Shown here: positions 1 to 5,693 of the stretch, piece by piece
Layout: the number at the start of each line of letters is the position of its first letter
How positions within the stretch are numbered: position 1 is the stretch's first letter
NCBI GenBank assembly: GCA_022560555.1
Contig: JADFSZ010000118.1
Span: forward strand, 1 to 5,693
Source of the DNA: PVC group bacterium
GTDB taxonomy: Bacteria > GCA-001730085 > JADFSZ01
Reading direction: 5' to 3'
DNA: 5,693 nucleotides
Notes under the pieces: generated by a model
What the model saw: the letters and a program-made list of their open reading frames with translations, nothing else
The model's database searches: none
What the model was told of the DNA's origin: nothing
Made by a program: the position numbers and the translations under genes

Positions 1-815
1 AAATCATTAATTTTAGTTTTCTTCATCCGGACGATTTAAGCCTCTCAGAAAAACCCATAAAAATACCCAATCCTATTTCTCGTGAACAATCTGTTATGAG
101 AACAAGCTTGATCCCGGGTCTGTTAAAAGTGGCTGTAAGAAATCAAAATATTAAGGAAATGAATCCATGGCTATTTGAAATCGGCCGTATATTTTTGGAA
201 GATTCGTCAAAAAAGAAAGTCTTCGAAAAAACGCGATTTTCTATATTGGTCGCAGGAGGCCCGCATGAGCTTAAAGGGCTTGTGGAGAGAATCCTTGCTA
301 AGTTTCAAATCGAGCGCGGGGTGATCAATACTTCGGACCATCCTTGGCTCAAGAAAAATCGGTCTTTAGAATGGCTGATCGACGGCGTTTCTCTCGGATT
401 TTTTGGTGTCTTAGCCGATTCCGTAAAATCAAAGTATGGATTGGACCTGAATGTATCTATCGGTGAATTTGATTTTGATCGGATTTGTCAGTCAGCAAAA
501 CTTGATAAAAAGTATGCGCCGATTCCAAAATATCCTGCTGTGTATCGTGATATGGCTCTTATTGTGGATGAGGGTGTGTCGTACCAGGATTGTGTTGAAT
601 GCATAAAGACTTATGGGGGATCATGGCTTGAGGATGTCAATCTGTTTGACCTCTATAGGGGTTCCCCACTCAAAACCGGAAAAAAAAGTATGGGTTTTTC
701 GTTAGCCTATAGAGATGCATCGAAAACACTGACAGAGAAAGATGTTGATGTCCCGCATGAAAAAATATTGCACGCCTGTTTTCAAAAACTGGGCGCTGAA
801 CTCAGACCCAATTAA
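1..815 (+). CDS. pheT: Phenylalanine--tRNA ligase beta subunit, C-terminal portion (5' end lies outside the window)
   Basis: The frame of ORF 96..815 stays open back to nt 3 (IINFSFLHPDDLSLSEKPIKIPNPISREQSV-MRTSLIPGLLK...), so the ATG at 96 is internal. NPISxExxxMRTSLIPGLL and LFEIGRIF are characteristic PheT core motifs. The last ~95 aa (YAPIPKYPAVYRDMALIVDE...FDLYRG...GKKSMGFSLAYRDASKTLTEKDV) match the C-terminal FDX-ACB anticodon-binding domain. Stop TAA at 813-815. Confidence 0.9.
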   Translation, partial: IINFSFLHPDDLSLSEKPIKIPNPISREQSVMRTSLIPGLLKVAVRNQNIKEMNPWLFEIGRIFLEDSSKKKVFEKTRFSILVAGGPHELKGLVERILAKFQIERGVINTSDHPWLKKNRSLEWLIDGVSLGFFGVLADSVKSKYGLDLNVSIGEFDFDRICQSAKLDKKYAPIPKYPAVYRDMALIVDEGVSYQDCVECIKTYGGSWLEDVNLFDLYRGSPLKTGKKSMGFSLAYRDASKTLTEKDVDVPHEKILHACFQKLGAELRPN

Positions 816-867
816 AGCGGTTAAACTCAGAAAATCTTTTAAGCTTTAAAAAGCTCCTGTCTTCGTT

Positions 868-2061
868 ATGAAATCTGTTGACCAAACATATACTGTTACC
901 ATAGAAAAAATTGTTTTCGGAGGCTGGGGGCTTGGACGTATTGACAACAAGGTTTGTTTTGTTCCTTTCGTTTTGCCCGATGAGGAGGTGAAAGTTTGTA
1001 TTACGGAGGAGAAAAATGACTATTCATATGCTCGAAGCGTGGGGATTGTTAAACCATCTGGGGCCCGTGTTCAGGCCCCGTGTAAATATTATCAGGAATG
1101 CGGCGGATGCCATTATCAACACCTGAGTTATCCCGACCAATTAACTCTCAAAACTCAGCAGGTGAAAGATGTGATTCGAAGAATATATGGTTCGGTGGAT
1201 TTTCCCATATACGATACGATTCCTTCGGATGATCCATTTTATTATCGTAATGACGTTAAACTCACACGAAATTCGCAGCGGCTCAATTTTCGATACGGAT
1301 TTATTGGCACGGATCATGTCTCCGTTGTGCCTGTTGACGAGTGTATGATTGTGTCCCGGAAAATCAATCAGGAAATAATGAGTCTCCCGCGTGATAAAAG
1401 TAAGCATGCCAAAAAACTTACCATTAAAAGTGATCTCTCAGAGCATGTTTCGTATTGGCCCGGATCATCCGCTGTTTTGCACTCGAAAATAAATGACAAA
1501 AAAGTTTATTATGACGGACGAATATTTTTTCAAGCAAATCAAAATATTTTAGAAAAAATCATACGGCACATATTAAGTATGAACATTTATTCGAAGGAGG
1601 ACAGTTGTTTCTTTGATCTTTATGGCGGGGTTGGGGTCTTTTCTGTAATGATGTCCGATCGCTTCGAGAAGGGGATTCTTGTCGAAGAAAACCGTAAGGC
1701 AACGCGATATTTTGAAAAGGCTGTTAAGGATAATGAGCTGGAGGCAGATTCATTTAGGATTTACCGGAATCGTGTAGAGGATGTGTTTGGATGGGTGTTT
1801 GATAAGGAACACAAAAAAAATAATGTTGTATTTCTTGATCCGCCGCGTATGGGTCTTGACGAAAAACTAGTATCTGAAATATCAAAAAGACGAGAGCATA
1901 TTCAGCATGTTCTATACTTGTCATGCAATCCGTCGACATTGGCGCGGGACCTCAAAAGGTTTGAGAGTGATGCTGCCTGGCATGTAAAGGGTGTATGGCC
2001 ATTTGACATGTTTCCTCAAACGAAGCATATAGAATGTTTAGCTTGGTTAACGAAATCTTAG
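868..2061 (+). CDS. rlmD: RNA (uracil-C5)-methyltransferase of the RumA/RlmD (TrmA) family: TRAM domain, [4Fe-4S] site and class I SAM methyltransferase
   Basis: 397-aa ORF. N-terminal TRAM-like beta barrel (TVTIEKIVFGGWGLGRIDNKVCFVPFVLPDEEVKV). Fe-S cysteine cluster CKYYQECGGCHYQH plus a distal Cys (VDECMIV). SAM motif I FFDLYGGVGVFS, motif IV FLDPPRMG, nucleophile-Cys motif LYLSCNPSTLARDL, and C-terminal DMFPQTKHIECLAWL with the catalytic Glu. Substrate specificity (RlmD, RlmC or RlmCD) cannot be resolved by eye, so the symbol is approximate. No obvious SD before the ATG at 868. Confidence 0.85.
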   Translation: MKSVDQTYTVTIEKIVFGGWGLGRIDNKVCFVPFVLPDEEVKVCITEEKNDYSYARSVGIVKPSGARVQAPCKYYQECGGCHYQHLSYPDQLTLKTQQVKDVIRRIYGSVDFPIYDTIPSDDPFYYRNDVKLTRNSQRLNFRYGFIGTDHVSVVPVDECMIVSRKINQEIMSLPRDKSKHAKKLTIKSDLSEHVSYWPGSSAVLHSKINDKKVYYDGRIFFQANQNILEKIIRHILSMNIYSKEDSCFFDLYGGVGVFSVMMSDRFEKGILVEENRKATRYFEKAVKDNELEADSFRIYRNRVEDVFGWVFDKEHKKNNVVFLDPPRMGLDEKLVSEISKRREHIQHVLYLSCNPSTLARDLKRFESDAAWHVKGVWPFDMFPQTKHIECLAWLTKS

Positions 2062-2118
2062 ACGCTGGGCTCTTTCTAAAATGAAGACATAACACGTAAG
2101 GGGGACACTATACAAGTA

Positions 2119-2526
2119 ATGGGTAGGCAGAAATTTGTGGTTGTGTCAGGCGCCTTGATCCGGATGGGCCAAAAATTTCTTTTGGCGCAGCGTCGTCATG
2201 ACGTTCGGTTTCCTCTTTTATGGGAATTCCCGGGCGGCCGCATTGAGGCCCCCGAAACACCCAAGCAGTGTGTTATAAGGGAAATGAAAGAGGAGCTAGG
2301 CATACTTGTCAAACCTCTACGATTGCTGGGAACATTTGAGGATGAACTTCCGGACCTGAAGATATATGTTTACTTGTATGAATGTGAAATTTATTCAGGA
2401 TCACCAAAAAGTTTAGAATGTGAAGATTGGGGATGGGTTTCACTTGAAAAAATAGAAGACTTGTCCTTAGCGCCCCTCGATCAAAAAATTTTCACTTGGC
2501 TCAAAGATGATACGTGTCATAAATAA
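2119..2526 (+). CDS. mutT: Nudix hydrolase, MutT-like (deoxy)nucleoside-triphosphate pyrophosphohydrolase
   Basis: 135-aa ORF with a complete Nudix box at nt 2236-2304: G-RIEAP-E-TPKQCVI-RE-M-K-EE-L-G-I, which fits GX5EX7REUXEEXGU exactly. It is preceded by LWEFPGG, typical of the MutT/NudG subgroup. The small single-domain size fits MutT. The exact substrate is not inferable. Confidence 0.8.
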   Translation: MGRQKFVVVSGALIRMGQKFLLAQRRHDVRFPLLWEFPGGRIEAPETPKQCVIREMKEELGILVKPLRLLGTFEDELPDLKIYVYLYECEIYSGSPKSLECEDWGWVSLEKIEDLSLAPLDQKIFTWLKDDTCHK

Positions 2527-2531
2527 ATCTC

Positions 2532-2537
2532 AAGGAG
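2532..2537 (+). promoter_or_regulatory. Shine-Dalgarno sequence (AAGGAG) for the DUF456 gene
   Basis: AAGGAG lies 7 nt upstream of the GTG at 2545. This supports the GTG start over the internal ATG at 2566. Confidence 0.6.
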
Positions 2538-2544
2538 TGAACTT

Positions 2545-3058
2545 GTGTTAGAAAGTCCCGGAATCATGGCCCTGCTGATTTGGGTCCTTTTTTTTCTTGG
2601 AACATGTATGCTTGTATTTTGGCTCCCGGGTAATCTTCTATTTGTCACAGGCTTGATCGGTTTATCATTCGCGACTCAATTTAGTATTATTCCCGGGAAA
2701 ATTCTTTTGATCGTCATAGGCCTTTTTCTTTTGGGAGAAGCTTTTGAGTGGATCGGAGCCATGGTGGGTGTTCGTGTGTTTGGCGCTTCAAAAGAAGCTG
2801 CGTGGGGTGCTTTGGCCGGCGGGCTCATCGGATTTTATAGGTCTATTAGGAATTGGGGTCGCGGCTCTTCCCGGACTTCTTCTGGGGCTTTTTATCGGCG
2901 CGCTTGTTGTTGAGCATCGAAAGAAGAGGCCTCTTGCCCGCTCTGTATGGGCAGGGGTCGGTTCTCTCTTTGGATGGGCGATGGGGGTTGGTGTTAAAAT
3001 ACTTGTCGCGATCGCTATTCTTGTGTTAACCTTAAGAAACGTTCCTTTTAAATTTTAG
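2545..3058 (+). pseudogene. DUF456-family small integral membrane protein, interrupted by a 1-nt frameshift (ORFs 2545..2913 and 2744..3058 are two halves of one gene)
   Basis: ORF 2545..2913 (GTG start, AAGGAG SD 7 nt upstream) reads as hydrophobic membrane protein up to ...GVRVFGASKEAAWGALAGGLIGF. It then becomes Arg/Ser-rich out-of-frame-looking sequence (YRSIRNWGRGSSRTSSGAFYRRACC). In the +1 frame the text from nt 2837 continues as IGLLGIGVAALPGLLLGLFIGALVVEHRKKRPLARSVWAGVGSLFGWAMGVGVKILVAIAILVL. Joined at the T4 run 2833-2836 this gives a ~171-aa protein with the DUF456 layout as I recall it (LPG... / FGAS+...G / PGLLLGPFxGAxxxE / R+ALxxGxG). The N-terminal 30 aa of ORF 2744..3058 (MSGSEPWWVFVCLALQKKLRGVLWPAGSSD) look non-genic. 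Confidence 0.7.
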
Positions 3059-3066
3059 GACTTGCT

Positions 3067-4152
3067 ATGGCAAAAATCGACCCATTGCTTGAGTTGGCCA
3101 TACAGAAAAATGCGTCGGACGTGCATGTCGGCAGTTTTAGCGATTGTTATCTGCGTATCAATGGAAAGCTATTGCCTCTATCCGCCGAGGAGATTCCCGA
3201 AGAATTCCGTGTTGAGGATAAAACGGAGGTTCTTCTAGAAATCTTATCGGAAGAGCAGAGGATGCAGTTTGAAAAAGATTTAAGTCTCGATTTTTCATAT
3301 ATCCTGCGTTTAGATAAACCTTGGCGCGCCCGGGTGAATTATTACCGGCAAAATCGCGGGGGATGTGATGCTGTTTTTCGCATTGTACCTCCGGACATTC
3401 CAACATTGAAGGATCTTGGATTTCCTCCATCGGTTATTCAGATGCTGCAGACCAAGCAAGGAATTATTTTCGTCACAGGGCCTCGTGGATCGGGCAAAAC
3501 GACAACATTAGCGGCTATGGTCGATGAATTGAACCGAAATACGACGGATCACATAATTACGGTTGAAGATCCAATAGAGTATGTTCATAAAAATAAATCT
3601 TGCATTGTCACTCAAAGAGAGCTGGGCTCACATACGGATACATTTTCGAATACGCTACGCGCGGCGCTCCGGGAGGACCCTGATGTGATTGTGATTGGGG
3701 AGATGAGAGATTTAGATACCATCTCTATGGCTTTAACATGCGCGGAAACGGGACATCTTGTGCTTGGAACACTGAATACAAATGATGCTGCGTCTACCAT
3801 TGATCGCGTGATTAATGTTTTTCCACCCAACTCGCAAGAACAGGTTCGAGTGATGATTTCGGATTCTTTACGCGGAATCATATCCCAACAGCTCGTTCCT
3901 ATGAAAGAACAGGATGCGAGGTGTATCGCGTTGGAAATTCTTGTCGGATCCCCGGCTTTATCCAGCATGATCCGTGAAAAGAAAACGTTTAATTTAATGA
4001 GTTATATGCAGACGGGTAAAGTAAAATTTGGTATGGAAATAATGGATGATAGCCTTTTGGATCTTTTTAGGAAAAACCTGATCAGTTGGGAAACGGCGCT
4101 TCTCTATTCACATGATTCTTTAGCCTTAGAGGTGGCGAAAGGAGAAACTTGA
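3067..4152 (+). CDS. pilT: PilT-family type IV pilus retraction (twitching motility) ATPase, paralog 1, with variant Walker A and His-box
   Basis: 361 aa, which is canonical PilT length. N-terminal ASDVHV motif. Walker A GPRGSGKTT (3478-3504). Asp-box IITVEDPIEYVH. Walker B REDPDVIVIGEMRD. His-box ETGHLVLGTLNTNDAASTIDRVINVFP. PilT-type C-terminus ALSSMIREKK...GMEIMDDSLLDLF. Weak AGGA SD 6 nt upstream of the ATG. Stop TGA at 4150-4152. Confidence 0.88.
   Translation: MAKIDPLLELAIQKNASDVHVGSFSDCYLRINGKLLPLSAEEIPEEFRVEDKTEVLLEILSEEQRMQFEKDLSLDFSYILRLDKPWRARVNYYRQNRGGCDAVFRIVPPDIPTLKDLGFPPSVIQMLQTKQGIIFVTGPRGSGKTTTLAAMVDELNRNTTDHIITVEDPIEYVHKNKSCIVTQRELGSHTDTFSNTLRAALREDPDVIVIGEMRDLDTISMALTCAETGHLVLGTLNTNDAASTIDRVINVFPPNSQEQVRVMISDSLRGIISQQLVPMKEQDARCIALEILVGSPALSSMIREKKTFNLMSYMQTGKVKFGMEIMDDSLLDLFRKNLISWETALLYSHDSLALEVAKGET
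4138..4144 (+). promoter_or_regulatory. Shine-Dalgarno sequence (AAAGGAG) for PilT paralog 2, embedded in the 3' end of paralog 1
   Basis: AAAGGAG lies 7 nt upstream of ATG 4152. The stop of the upstream gene (TGA 4150-4152) overlaps the ATG by 1 nt, the classic translational-coupling geometry. Confidence 0.65.
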
Positions 4153-5666
4153 TGGATGCCATGCAGGAATTGCTTCTACGTCTGATTGATGTGAATGGAA
4201 GTGATTTGCATATATCCGAGCATCATATGCCCATGATGCGGGTGCACGGAACATTAATCAAAGCTTCCGACAAAGATTTTACGGATGCTGAGATCCGTGA
4301 GATGATCTTTAGTCTTATGAATGACCATCAAAAAAAAAGTTTTCAAAATCGATTTTCTTTTGATTTTGCGCATGAAATACCGGGGAAGGCCCGTTTTAGA
4401 TGTAATGTGATGCGTCATCAGAGGGGGCTTGGAGGTGTTTTTCGTTTAATCCCGTCCATTATTAAATCGATCGATGATCTGAATTTGCCAAAAACGCTGA
4501 TTGATTTATCAAACACGCACAGAGGGTTGATTTTGATCACGGGGCCCACGGGGTCCGGGAAATCAACGACTATGGCCGCCATGATTGATCACATTAATAG
4601 AACAAGAGAGGCGCATATCATTACTTTGGAGGATCCTATCGAATTTGTTCATCAGCCTATAAAATGCCGTATTAGCCAAAGAGAAATCGGAACGCACGCG
4701 ACTTCTTTCGCGAAAGCTTTGATTGAAGCGCTTCGGGAAGATCCTGATGTGATCCTTGTCGGAGAAATGCGTGATTTAGAAACAATCGCTCAGACCATCA
4801 CAGCCGCCGAAACGGGAGCCCTCGTTTTTGGGACACTTCACACGAACAGCGCGGCAAAAACAATCACGAGAATTTTGGATTCATTTCCAGAGGAACAGCG
4901 TGAACAAATCCGGATTATGATGTCTAAATCCATCGTGGGTATTGTGGCGCAGCAATTACTTCCCACCCAAGATCACAAATCCCGTGTGCCCGCGTTTGAG
5001 ATATTGAGGGGATCCGGAGGCCTTAGCAATATTATCCGGGAAGGAAAAATACATCAAATTCAAACGATTATTGAAATGGGGCGATCGGAAGGAATGCGGA
5101 CAATGGACCAATCGCTTCAGGAGCTGGTTGCAGCCAAAAAGATTCTTGTTCGGGACGCTTATGTTTACGCGATCGAAAAAGACAAATTCCTGGAAGGCGA
5201 CATTGAACAGAAGCAGGCTTCATTTACAAATAATTATTCATCGTTTTGTCAGAACTTAGTTGAAAATATCCAAGAGGCTAAAAAGAACAAACAATCCATT
5301 GTCCTGTTGAACATCGCCATGGAAGGAATCGACCTTTACTATGATGTCGCTGGCCAAAAAGACATATCGTCTCTCGTCAGTAATATAACGGATATGATAT
5401 TAAAAAGCGCGAGGGGATATGATAGCTTTTTTGGAGAAGATCTACCGAAAAACTATTTAGTGGTGCTGAATAAAACGGACAATGGCAAAGCTCTTGCACA
5501 ACGTGTCTATGATAGCCTCGCCCCCTTTATAAAATTAAAAACGCAAAGTAAAAAAGTATCTGTCGATGTTATGGTCGGTTATGCTGTCCTGTCCGATGAT
5601 ATTAGTGATGCTGAACAATTCATTATGGCCACAAGGACTAATATCATCCGACAAGCTTCTTTTTGA
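4152..5666 (+). CDS. PilT-family ATPase, paralog 2, fused to a ~158-aa C-terminal degenerate GGDEF-like domain
   Basis: The ORF track starts at TTG 4149. ATG 4152 is preferred because the AAAGGAG SD at 4138-4144 gives a 7-nt spacer, and the ATG overlaps the upstream TGA by 1 nt (TGATG). The core of ~345 aa is near-canonical PilT: GSDLHI, Walker A GPTGSGKST (4542-4568), IITLEDPIEFVH, REDPDVILVGEMRD, ETGALVFGTLHTNSAAKTITRILDSFP, GLSNIIREGK, GMRTMDQSLQELV. Typical PilT ends about here, but this ORF continues for 158 more residues to the stop TGA at 5664-5666. Confidence 0.88.
   Translation: MDAMQELLLRLIDVNGSDLHISEHHMPMMRVHGTLIKASDKDFTDAEIREMIFSLMNDHQKKSFQNRFSFDFAHEIPGKARFRCNVMRHQRGLGGVFRLIPSIIKSIDDLNLPKTLIDLSNTHRGLILITGPTGSGKSTTMAAMIDHINRTREAHIITLEDPIEFVHQPIKCRISQREIGTHATSFAKALIEALREDPDVILVGEMRDLETIAQTITAAETGALVFGTLHTNSAAKTITRILDSFPEEQREQIRIMMSKSIVGIVAQQLLPTQDHKSRVPAFEILRGSGGLSNIIREGKIHQIQTIIEMGRSEGMRTMDQSLQELVAAKKILVRDAYVYAIEKDKFLEGDIEQKQASFTNNYSSFCQNLVENIQEAKKNKQSIVLLNIAMEGIDLYYDVAGQKDISSLVSNITDMILKSARGYDSFFGEDLPKNYLVVLNKTDNGKALAQRVYDSLAPFIKLKTQSKKVSVDVMVGYAVLSDDISDAEQFIMATRTNIIRQASF
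5190..5663 (+). other. C-terminal extension domain of PilT paralog 2: putative catalytically inactive GGDEF (diguanylate-cyclase-fold) domain retaining an RxxD-like motif
   Basis: Hand alignment to the PleD GGDEF domain keeps block order and spacing within 1 residue. IVLLNIAMEGIDLYYDVAGQ aligns with ALLIDIDFFKKINDTFGH. RGYD (5412-5423) aligns with the RAID I-site. LPKNY-LVVLNKT (5442-) aligns with GGEEF-VVIMPDT. KALAQRVYDSL aligns with ALRIAERIR. VDVMVGYAVLSDDISDAEQFIMATRTNIIRQ aligns with VTISIGVSATAGEGDTPEALLKRADEGVYQAK. The signature motif and metal-binding Asp are replaced. This is a by-eye call, not verified by HMM. Confidence 0.55.
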
Positions 5667-5693
5667 TCTTCCCTCTTGATTTATCAACGAGCC

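Noticed and set aside
836-853. AT-rich imperfect inverted repeat (CTTTTAA-GCT-TTAAAAAG) between pheT and the methyltransferase gene, considered as a possible terminator.
   Set aside because: The stem is short, almost entirely A/T and imperfect, and no proper T tract follows. It is not a credible intrinsic terminator. It overlaps a HindIII-like palindrome that probably arose by chance.
1141-1407. Antisense 88-aa ORF inside the methyltransferase gene. The antisense ORFs 1754..1939, 3158..3430 and 3612..3968 are similar cases.
   Set aside because: All are fully nested opposite + strand genes that carry unambiguous family motifs. Their translations have no recognisable motifs and a shadow-frame-like composition. 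They are most simply explained as chance open frames.
2097-2118. Possible promoter or leaderless arrangement upstream of the Nudix gene: a TATACA -10-like hexamer at ~2109-2114 and a purine-rich AAGGGGGA at 2097-2104.
   Set aside because: There is no matching -35 element at proper spacing. The purine-rich SD-like element has a long (~14 nt) spacer. This cannot be supported from sequence alone.
2830-2842. Programmed +1 ribosomal frameshift in the DUF456 gene.
   Set aside because: The UUU-U slip is possible, but there is no stop or clearly hungry codon in the A site and no upstream SD-like stimulator as in prfB. A homopolymer indel, whether real or technical, is the more parsimonious explanation. 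It is kept only as a low-probability alternative in the findings.
4149-4151. TTG at 4149 as the start codon of PilT paralog 2, as given in the ORF track.
   Set aside because: ATG 4152 is one codon downstream, has better spacing to the AAAGGAG SD, and gives the classic TGATG stop/start overlap. The difference is only one residue and TTG cannot be strictly excluded.
4330-4338. Long in-frame poly-A runs: A9 at 4330-4338 in PilT paralog 2, A8 at 680-687 in pheT, and A8 at 1813-1820 in the methyltransferase gene. These were considered as phase-variation or slippage tracts.
   Set aside because: All three reading frames are intact across the runs, which encode ordinary Lys-rich segments in an AT-leaning genome. 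There is no evidence of switching. They matter only as a reminder that homopolymer indel errors are plausible in this assembly.
5071-5259. 62-aa + strand ORF in an alternative frame within PilT paralog 2.
   Set aside because: It overlaps the conserved PilT C-terminal region, which is read in the other frame. Its sequence is basic and low-complexity, with no SD and no motifs.
1-5693. Search for CRISPR repeats, tRNA/rRNA, IS elements or inverted terminal repeats, and defence or toxin-antitoxin modules.
   Set aside because: By eye there are no periodic direct repeats, no cloverleaf-like or rRNA-like segments, and no transposase or integrase-like ORFs. Nearly all sequence is accounted for by the six + strand genes.

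Overview
The window holds six co-directional (+ strand), tightly packed bacterial genes. By eye the GC content is moderately low, but I did not compute it. I saw no RNA genes, CRISPR arrays, mobile elements or long repeats. In order: (1) the 3' part of pheT, cut by the window edge; (2) a RumA/RlmD-family RNA m5U methyltransferase; (3) a MutT-like Nudix hydrolase; (4) a DUF456-type small membrane protein split over two overlapping frames by a 1-nt frameshift at a T4 run; (5) and (6) two tandem, translationally coupled PilT-family type IV pilus retraction ATPases. Most of the window is ordinary housekeeping sequence. The unusual part is the PilT pair. The second paralog (about 504 aa) has a complete PilT core followed by a roughly 158-aa C-terminal extension. 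Aligned by hand against PleD-type diguanylate cyclases, the extension looks like a catalytically dead GGDEF domain: LPKNY replaces GG[DE]EF and the metal-binding Asp is lost. It keeps an RxxD (RGYD) I-site-like motif at about the right spacing, which makes this a candidate direct fusion of a c-di-GMP or GTP sensor to a pilus retraction motor. The two paralogs also carry reciprocal single substitutions in the His-box: GHLVLGTLNT in the first and GALVFGTLHT in the second. All domain calls rest on motif reading by eye. No HMM or database search was possible.
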